From an uncultured Aliarcobacter sp. (GTDB lineage: Bacteria > Campylobacterota > Campylobacteria > Campylobacterales > Arcobacteraceae): a stretch of 64,000 bases of DNA. How positions within the stretch are numbered: position 1 is the first letter of the stretch; each line of letters begins with the position of its first letter. Below are positions 57,408 through 64,000 of this stretch, in pieces. The stretch covers positions 288,001 to 352,000 of the forward strand of contig CAXXLV010000001.1 in assembly GCA_963664305.2 (NCBI GenBank), written 5' to 3'. The notes under the pieces are model-generated. The model did not search any database, was not told the DNA's origin, and saw only the letters and a program-made list of their open reading frames with translations. Both the position numbers and the translations under genes were made by a program.

Positions 57408-59387
57408 ATGATGAAATATATTTTTGGTCTTTTAGTTATTGCTGGATTGGCCATTTTTGCTTGGCTTTATAATTTATATGATGAAATTAAACATGATGTT
57501 GATTCAGTTGTAAATTATTCACCAAAACAAAGTACACAATTTTTTGATAAAGATGGAAACTTAATAGCAAATACTTTTAAAGATGAAAATAGAGAATATG
57601 TAAAATATGATGATATTCCAGCAAGAATTATTGAAGGTTTAGTTGCAATTGAAGATACACAATTTTTTGAACATGATGGAATAAATCCTGATGCAATTAG
57701 CCGAGCAATGATAAAAAACATTAAAGCCGGTGGATATGTTGAAGGGGCAAGTACATTAACTCAACAATTAATCAAAATGCTTGTTTTAACAAGAGAAAAA
57801 AAATTGATGAGAAAAGTAAAAGAAGCACTACTTGCTATTAGACTAGAAACTGTTCTTACAAAAGAAGAAATTTTAGAGAGATATTTAAATCATGTTTATT
57901 TTGGACATGGATATTATGGAATTAAAACTGCAGCAAAAGGATATTTCAATAAAGATTTATATGAATTATCTTTAAAAGAGATGGCAATTCTTGTGGGACT
58001 TCCAAGAGCCCCAAGTTTTTATGACCCTACAAAAAATTTAAAAATTTCACTAGCACGTGCAAATCAAGTAATAACAAGATTAAATACACTTGGATGGATT
58101 AATAAAGAACAATATGAAGAATCTATGAAAGAAACTCCTGTTATTTTTAATCAGACTTTAACAAAAAATAAAGCACCTTATGCAGTTGATTATGCAATTA
58201 GTTTATTAATAAATGATATTCCTGATATATTATCTGGTGGATATAAAGTTTATTTAACTATAGATTTAAATGCACAAGAAATTGCAAGAGATGCGTTAAA
58301 AGAATCTTATGATGATGCAATTAAAAGAGATTTAGATTTTAGAAAAAATTCAAAAAATCCAAATGATGATTCATATGTTAAAGAATTAAATGGTGCAATG
58401 ATTTCTATAGAAAGCAGTACAGGAAAAATTCTTGCTTTTGTTGGTGGTGTAGATTATAATCAATCAGTATTTAATAGAGCTTATCAATCAAAAAGACAAG
58501 CAGGAAGTGCTATAAAACCATTTTTATATCAAACAGCATTAAATGAAGGTTATAACCCTGCTTCTCAATTATTTGATATTTCAAGAACATATAATTACAC
58601 AGTTGGTGGTGTTCAGAAAAAATGGCAACCAAAAAATTATGGTGGAAATTTTGAAGGGATAGTTAGTCTTAGAGACTCTTTAGTTGCATCAAGAAATTTA
58701 TCTACTCTAAATTTAGTAACAGATGTTGGTGTTCCAGTTGTAACTGAAGCACTAAAAAAATATGGATTTAATGATATTGTTGACAATTTATCTATAACTT
58801 TAGGTTCAATGAGTGTTTCTTTAGTTGAATTTAGTGAAGCTTATAGTTCTTTTGCAAATAATGGAACTCAAGTTAAACCATATATAATTGAACAAATTGT
58901 AAATAAAGATGGAAAAACTGTAACTTTTGAACCACAAACAAAAGAGATTAATACTCCTGAACAAAATTATCTAATGACATCAATTTTAACAGATGTTGTA
59001 ACTAGAGGAACAGGGAAATCTGCTCAAGTTCCAGGTATTGAATTAGCTGGAAAAACAGGTACAACAAATAACAACGTTGATGCTTGGTTCTGCGGTTATT
59101 CTCCATCAATTCAAACTATTGTATGGTTTGGAAATGACAATAACACTCCAATGAGAAAAACAGAAACTGGAGGTAAAATCGCTGGTCCGGTATTCTCATA
59201 TTTCTTTAAAAAATATTTAGAAATTCATCCTGAAATTCCAAGAAATTTTGTTAAACCTAATAATGTTTATAGCACTGTAATTAATGGAAAAGAAGAGTTC
59301 TATACAGATGTTTCACCTGTACCTGAAATTGATTCTTTAATACAACAACAACCTCTTAATCCAAATGAAGAAGTTTTAGAATTCTAA
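57408..59387 (+). CDS. Class A penicillin-binding protein (PBP1A family)
   Basis: ED..FFEH.G, GASTLTQQL, SAIK (SxxK), SRN, KTG. Confidence 0.93.
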   Translation: MMKYIFGLLVIAGLAIFAWLYNLYDEIKHDVDSVVNYSPKQSTQFFDKDGNLIANTFKDENREYVKYDDIPARIIEGLVAIEDTQFFEHDGINPDAISRAMIKNIKAGGYVEGASTLTQQLIKMLVLTREKKLMRKVKEALLAIRLETVLTKEEILERYLNHVYFGHGYYGIKTAAKGYFNKDLYELSLKEMAILVGLPRAPSFYDPTKNLKISLARANQVITRLNTLGWINKEQYEESMKETPVIFNQTLTKNKAPYAVDYAISLLINDIPDILSGGYKVYLTIDLNAQEIARDALKESYDDAIKRDLDFRKNSKNPNDDSYVKELNGAMISIESSTGKILAFVGGVDYNQSVFNRAYQSKRQAGSAIKPFLYQTALNEGYNPASQLFDISRTYNYTVGGVQKKWQPKNYGGNFEGIVSLRDSLVASRNLSTLNLVTDVGVPVVTEALKKYGFNDIVDNLSITLGSMSVSLVEFSEAYSSFANNGTQVKPYIIEQIVNKDGKTVTFEPQTKEINTPEQNYLMTSILTDVVTRGTGKSAQVPGIELAGKTGTTNNNVDAWFCGYSPSIQTIVWFGNDNNTPMRKTETGGKIAGPVFSYFFKKYLEIHPEIPRNFVKPNNVYSTVINGKEEFYTDVSPVPEIDSLIQQQPLNPNEEVLEF

Positions 59388-59453
59388 AACTTCTTTCTAT
59401 TTAAAAATATGTTTAATCTTATATAGTAAAATATTTTATAAAATCAAGGCAAT

Positions 59454-59489
59454 AAAAAAGGGCAAGTTCAAATGAACTTGCCCTTTTTT
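59454..59489. terminator. Bidirectional intrinsic terminator between PBP1A and glnA
   Basis: AAAAAAGGGCAAGTTCA / TGAACTTGCCCTTTTTT. Confidence 0.85.
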
Positions 59490-59503
59490 TATTACTTATA
59501 TTC

Positions 59504-60931
59504 TTAGCAAGAATATGTAGTTTTAAATTCGAATGCAGTTGGTCTTGCTTCGTAAGGCCAAACTTGAGTTTCAAATTTATAGTGTTGGTAAGTATCAATC
59601 ATTTCTTGACTAAATACTGGTTTTAAGAAATCATTATCTCTAATTAAAGCTTCTAATGCTCCTCTTAATGTGTGAGGCATTTGAGGAATTTGTCTTTCTC
59701 TAATTTCATCTAATGATAATTCAAATAAATCGTCATCCATTGGACCAACTGGCTCATATTTATTTTTGATACCATCTAATCCAGCCATTAACATAGCAGC
59801 AAACGCTAAGTATGGACAAGAAGTTGAATCTGGGAATCTCATTTCAATTCTAGTTGCTTTTTCACCAGCACCGTAAGGAATTCTACAAGATGCAGATCTA
59901 TTTTGTGATGAATAAGTTAAGATTGAAGGAGCTTCGAATCCTGGAATTAATCTTTTATAAGAGTTAGTTGATGCATTAGTAAATGCTGCAACAGCTCTAG
60001 CGTGTTTAAATACACCACCAACATAATGTCTAGCAGTTTCACTTAAATTACCATATTCACCTTGTTTGTAGAATAGGTTTTTACCATCTTTCCAGATTGA
60101 TTGGTGTACGTGCATTCCATTTCCGTTATCACCATATAATGGTTTTGGCATAAATGTAGCTGATTTACCATTTAAGTGAGCTACCATTTTGATAACATAT
60201 TTTAATTTTTGTACATTATCAGAAGCTTCAATTAAATCTCCGAATACTATACCGATTTCATGTTGACCTTGAGCAACTTCGTGGTGTCCTAAAACAACTT
60301 CAAGACCAACTTGCTCTAATACTGTCATCATTTCAGCTCTTAAATCTACACCTGTATCAATTGGAGCTACTGGGAAATATCCACCTTTAGTTCTAGGTCT
60401 ATGACCCATATTTCCACCTTCAATATCTACAGAATCATTCCATTCACCATCTTCTGAATCAACTCTGTAGTATGACTCATTAATTGTATCTTTGATTTTT
60501 ACATCTTCAAATACAAAGAATTCATTTTCAGGTCCGAAATATGCAACATCTCCTAATCCTGAATCAGCTAAATGTTTTAATGCTTTTTTAGCAATAGATC
60601 TTGGACATTTTTCATAAATTTCATTTTTATAAATATCATAAACATCACAAATTACAATGATTGTAGAATCAGCTGTAAATGGATCTAAAAATGCTGTTTG
60701 TACATCTGGTTTTAAAAGCATATCTGATTTGTGAATTGGTTGCCAAGCTTCAATTGATGAACCATCAAATGGCATACCATTTTCTAAAGTAGAAGCACTT
60801 ACTGCACTAAATTTGTATGTAACATGGTGCCACATACCTTTCATGTCTGTAAATCTGAAATCTACAAATCTAACATCATTTGCTTTACTATACTCGAAAA
60901 ATTCTTCAACACTATTAACGAACTTACCCAT
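59504..60931 (-). CDS. glnA: Glutamine synthetase type I
   Basis: FDGSS, HHEVA.GQ.E, ATFMPKP..GDNG.GMH.HQS, NRSA..RIP, RIE.RFPD. Confidence 0.98.
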   Translation of the reverse strand: MGKFVNSVEEFFEYSKANDVRFVDFRFTDMKGMWHHVTYKFSAVSASTLENGMPFDGSSIEAWQPIHKSDMLLKPDVQTAFLDPFTADSTIIVICDVYDIYKNEIYEKCPRSIAKKALKHLADSGLGDVAYFGPENEFFVFEDVKIKDTINESYYRVDSEDGEWNDSVDIEGGNMGHRPRTKGGYFPVAPIDTGVDLRAEMMTVLEQVGLEVVLGHHEVAQGQHEIGIVFGDLIEASDNVQKLKYVIKMVAHLNGKSATFMPKPLYGDNGNGMHVHQSIWKDGKNLFYKQGEYGNLSETARHYVGGVFKHARAVAAFTNASTNSYKRLIPGFEAPSILTYSSQNRSASCRIPYGAGEKATRIEMRFPDSTSCPYLAFAAMLMAGLDGIKNKYEPVGPMDDDLFELSLDEIRERQIPQMPHTLRGALEALIRDNDFLKPVFSQEMIDTYQHYKFETQVWPYEARPTAFEFKTTYSC

Positions 60932-61039
60932 AGGTTTAACTCCTTCAAATTATTTGAGTAATTGTACCAAAAAATATAAAAAATAAAATAAAACAGCTGT
61001 ATATTTTATATACAATTATATTTAAAATAATATGCCTTA

Positions 61040-61831
61040 TTAAAAATTTATATGTTCTCTATCTCTACTATCAAAAGTTACACATTTTGAAAAACCAATA
61101 TCTTTTGATAATTTTGTAACTTCATCATATTTAAAACCTATTTGTTCTAAATTATGAGCATCAGAACCAAATGTAATATCTATACCCATTTCATATGCCA
61201 TTTCTAATAATTGCTTTGAAGGATAAGACTCATTTATTGGTTTTCTAAGTCCTGCTGGATTTATTTCTAAAACCATATTTGATTTTTTGATTTCAACTAA
61301 TGCGTCTTTTGCAATTAATCTAATATCTTTTTTTGGTAAAAATTTAAATACTTTAATCAAATCAAAATGACCAACAATATCAAAAAGTCCAGTTTTCGCC
61401 ATTGATTTTATTGCATCAAAATATTCAACCCAAATTGAATCTATATCTTTTGATTTATAAACACCTATAAATTCAGGATTATCAAATCCCCACATATCAT
61501 CTTTATTTCTTAAAAAGTGAACAGAACCAATTAGATAATCCACTTTAGCTTTTAAAATTTCATCTAATAAATATCCCTCTAAATAATCAACTTCATATGC
61601 AAGTAAAATTTTTATTTTATCTTTGTATTTTTCTTTTGCTTCATTTATCCATTTTTCATACAAACTTTTTTGGCTTATATCCATTCTATATTTTGGATCA
61701 TAATTCATTGGAGCATGGTCAGAAAAACCATATTCATCAATTCCAAGCTCTATTGCTTTTTCAATATATTCATCAACAGTTCCGGTTGCATGATTACATA
61801 AAATTGTATGATTATGTAAATCTACTCTCAT
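61040..61831 (-). CDS. Histidinol-phosphatase, PHP (HisJ/HisK) family
   Basis: DLHNHT..C.HA, SDH, IGSVH, GH.D, FGSDAH. Confidence 0.85.
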   Translation of the reverse strand: MRVDLHNHTILCNHATGTVDEYIEKAIELGIDEYGFSDHAPMNYDPKYRMDISQKSLYEKWINEAKEKYKDKIKILLAYEVDYLEGYLLDEILKAKVDYLIGSVHFLRNKDDMWGFDNPEFIGVYKSKDIDSIWVEYFDAIKSMAKTGLFDIVGHFDLIKVFKFLPKKDIRLIAKDALVEIKKSNMVLEINPAGLRKPINESYPSKQLLEMAYEMGIDITFGSDAHNLEQIGFKYDEVTKLSKDIGFSKCVTFDSRDREHINF

Positions 61832-63077
61832 CTACTTTTACCCTATTCCTTCCATCTTTTTTTGCTATATATAAATATTTATCTGCATCTTGTATCATAT
61901 AATCAATATTTTTACCAAAATCCAAACTACATCCAATTGATATTGTATAGTTTAGTTCTATATTATCAATTTTAATTACATTGTTTTCAAAATCTTTTCT
62001 TATATATTCTAATAATTCTAATATCTCTTTTTCACTTCTATTATAAAAACAAATACAAAATTCTTCTCCACCTAAACGGCTAATTAATGCATTTGTTGTG
62101 ATATTTTTATTTAAAACACGCGATACTTCTTTTAAAGCTATATCTCCTATATCATGTCCATATGTATCATTAATCATTTTGAAATGGTCAATATCAATAA
62201 TTGAAATTGCAAAAGTTTTATTATTTGTTTTACAATTTTCATAAATTTTATTTCCAACATCAAATAGATATCTTCTATTATAAAGTCCAGTTAAATAATC
62301 TTTATTTGCTTTATTTTTTATTTCATCAAATAACTCAAGAACTTCTATATTTGAATTAATTCTTGCAAAAAATTCTTCATTTGAAAAGCCCTTATATAAA
62401 AAATCATTCGCACCATATTTTAAAAATTTTGCAGGTATTCTTTTACTTGAATCATTTGAAGTAACTATGATAGACAGCTCATCTTTTGAATAATCTCGTC
62501 TAATTTTTTTTGTTAATTCTAAACCATTCATTCTTGGCATTAAATAATCAGTTAAAACAATTTTTATATCGCTATTTTCTTTTAATACTTCTAAAGCTTC
62601 ATCCCCATCAAAAGCACTTAAAGCAACAATTTTATATCTTTTTAATAAATCAATAGTTTTTTTTACAAATGATTTTGAATCATCAACAACTAAAACTTTT
62701 ACATTTTTATTATGTATAATTCTTTTTACAATTGATGTTGCATAAGTAAGTGCAGAAAGCCCATCTTTGATAATATAATCAACTATATTTTTATCTCTAA
62801 ATTTCTCTTCAATATCAATACTATCACTACCTGTTAAAACAACAATAGGTATAAAAAATTTAGATAAGAAATCTATTACTTCACCATTTGGTGCATCTGG
62901 AAGTCCTAAATCAGCCAAGATAATATCAATTTTACCTTTTTCTTGTAAAAGTAAATTTGCACTCTCTTTCATACTTTTTGCAATGAAAATATCTATATCA
63001 AAATCACTTTCAATTAAATTTTTCAAAGTATTACAAATAGAAGAGCTATCATCGACTATTAAAACTTTATATTTCAT
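61812..63077 (-). CDS. REC-REC-GGDEF response regulator / diguanylate cyclase
   Basis: Two receiver domains, D.LTGLYNRR, DID.FK.IND.YGH..GD, RLGGEEF. Confidence 0.9.
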   Translation of the reverse strand: MKYKVLIVDDSSSICNTLKNLIESDFDIDIFIAKSMKESANLLLQEKGKIDIILADLGLPDAPNGEVIDFLSKFFIPIVVLTGSDSIDIEEKFRDKNIVDYIIKDGLSALTYATSIVKRIIHNKNVKVLVVDDSKSFVKKTIDLLKRYKIVALSAFDGDEALEVLKENSDIKIVLTDYLMPRMNGLELTKKIRRDYSKDELSIIVTSNDSSKRIPAKFLKYGANDFLYKGFSNEEFFARINSNIEVLELFDEIKNKANKDYLTGLYNRRYLFDVGNKIYENCKTNNKTFAISIIDIDHFKMINDTYGHDIGDIALKEVSRVLNKNITTNALISRLGGEEFCICFYNRSEKEILELLEYIRKDFENNVIKIDNIELNYTISIGCSLDFGKNIDYMIQDADKYLYIAKKDGRNRVKVDESRFT

Positions 63078-63529
63078 AATAAAATACCAGAACCTTTTAT
63101 TGCAGTACTTCTATCTTTTGCATATACTCTTTGACCATTGATGATGTCATATTTCCAAATTGGAGCTTGTGCTTTAAAATCTTCAACAAATTCATCTATT
63201 AATTCTAAGGCAACTCTTCTTTTTGGACTACAAACAGCTGCAATATATGAACTTTCATGATTTAAAACATCACCTCTACTATGAGCCATTAAAACTATTG
63301 CATCTTTATTATTTGCTTTTTTTTGCCATTCATCAAACCAATGATTTAAGATTGGTTCATATATGTCAAAACTCAATCCCTCAATTTGATTTTCATCTCT
63401 TACAACTCCAACAAAAGTTATAATTGCTCCATAGTTAGAATTTTTATATTTTGAATACCATTTATTTGTAATCTCTTCAACGGGTAAACTTCCATTAAAA
63501 AGTTCTAAAAACTCTTTTCTATTTTCCAT
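63074..63529 (-). CDS. moaE: Molybdopterin synthase catalytic subunit
   Basis: GA..TFVGVVR, K..APIWK; start moved to ATG 63529, just after the moaD stop. Confidence 0.88.
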   Translation of the reverse strand: MENRKEFLELFNGSLPVEEITNKWYSKYKNSNYGAIITFVGVVRDENQIEGLSFDIYEPILNHWFDEWQKKANNKDAIVLMAHSRGDVLNHESSYIAAVCSPKRRVALELIDEFVEDFKAQAPIWKYDIINGQRVYAKDRSTAIKGSGILL

Positions 63530-63530
63530 A

Positions 63531-63752
63531 TCATCCACCACAAACAGGAGGTAACAATGAAATTCTATCTCCATCATTTAAATTTATATCTTTTGAAATA
63601 ACTAATGTATCATTTACAGCAACAGCACAAGTTTCTAACCAATTTGAAACAGAACTATCACTTTTTAAAATTTCACTTAATTGAGATAAATTATTTATAT
63701 CTAAATTCATATCTTCTTTATTTATTGGTCCTAAAAATTCAACTTTTACCAT
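63531..63752 (-). CDS. moaD: Molybdopterin synthase sulfur carrier
   Basis: 73 aa, AVAVN, C-terminal PPVCGG. Confidence 0.92.
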   Translation of the reverse strand: MVKVEFLGPINKEDMNLDINNLSQLSEILKSDSSVSNWLETCAVAVNDTLVISKDINLNDGDRISLLPPVCGG

Positions 63753-63823
63753 TTTAATCCCTTCTTATAATATTTATACTATTATATCGACTTTCATTTT
63801 AACATAATAAGGACAAAATTTTT

Positions 63824-64000
63824 ATGATATTTTCAAAAATTGATTTTATAAATTTATTGCCTTTTCATATATTTATAAAAAAAAATATAAAATCATCTCA
63901 ATTAAAATCTATAATAGAATATAAAAAATCATATCCAGCATATATCAGTAATAAATTTAAAAAAAGAAAAGTTGATAGTGCTTTTATCTCTTCAATTGCT
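63824..64000 (+). CDS. mqnA: MqnA-like chorismate dehydratase (futalosine pathway), 5' part (not in ORF track)
   Basis: Manual translation MIFSKIDFINLLPFHIFIKK...SYPAYIS..FKKRKVDSAFISSIA, matching the N-terminal pattern of Campylobacterota MqnA. Confidence 0.65.
   Translation, partial: MIFSKIDFINLLPFHIFIKKNIKSSQLKSIIEYKKSYPAYISNKFKKRKVDSAFISSIA

Overview
AT-rich Campylobacterota chromosome segment, most consistent with Arcobacteraceae (inferred from low GC, separate rpoB/rpoC, and the style of core proteins such as MurD and MqnA). From ~38.7 kb to the end is ordinary core genome: rpoC-rpoB-rplL-rplJ-rplA-rplK-nusG-secE-tRNA-Trp-rpmG-tuf, a four-tRNA cluster, murD, mraY, gpmI, PBP1A, glnA, histidinol phosphatase, a REC-REC-GGDEF protein, moaE/moaD and partial mqnA. 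The left ~38 kb is accessory. It holds a Ni/Co ECF transporter operon, a plasmid-type ParA plus small partner pair, and a ~30 kb aerobic phenol catabolism island: a six-subunit multicomponent phenol hydroxylase (dmpKLMNOP-like) and a complete catechol meta-cleavage pathway with both hydrolytic and 4-oxalocrotonate branches. Main finding: the island has no DmpR/XylR-type sigma54 activator. It instead has two paralogous PAS-HisKA_2 kinase / OmpR-type winged-helix regulator pairs. An 18-bp tandem box (consensus WGCGAWT-N4-WGCGAWT, 11-bp period) occurs seven times, each co-oriented with a gene start and exactly 9 bp upstream of a TAnnnT -10-like hexamer. The predicted regulon covers both catabolic operons, a porin/permease pair, a chemoreceptor, and copies of mdh, pheA and an SDR-leuB unit. 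The boxes are seen directly; linking them to the two regulators is inference.
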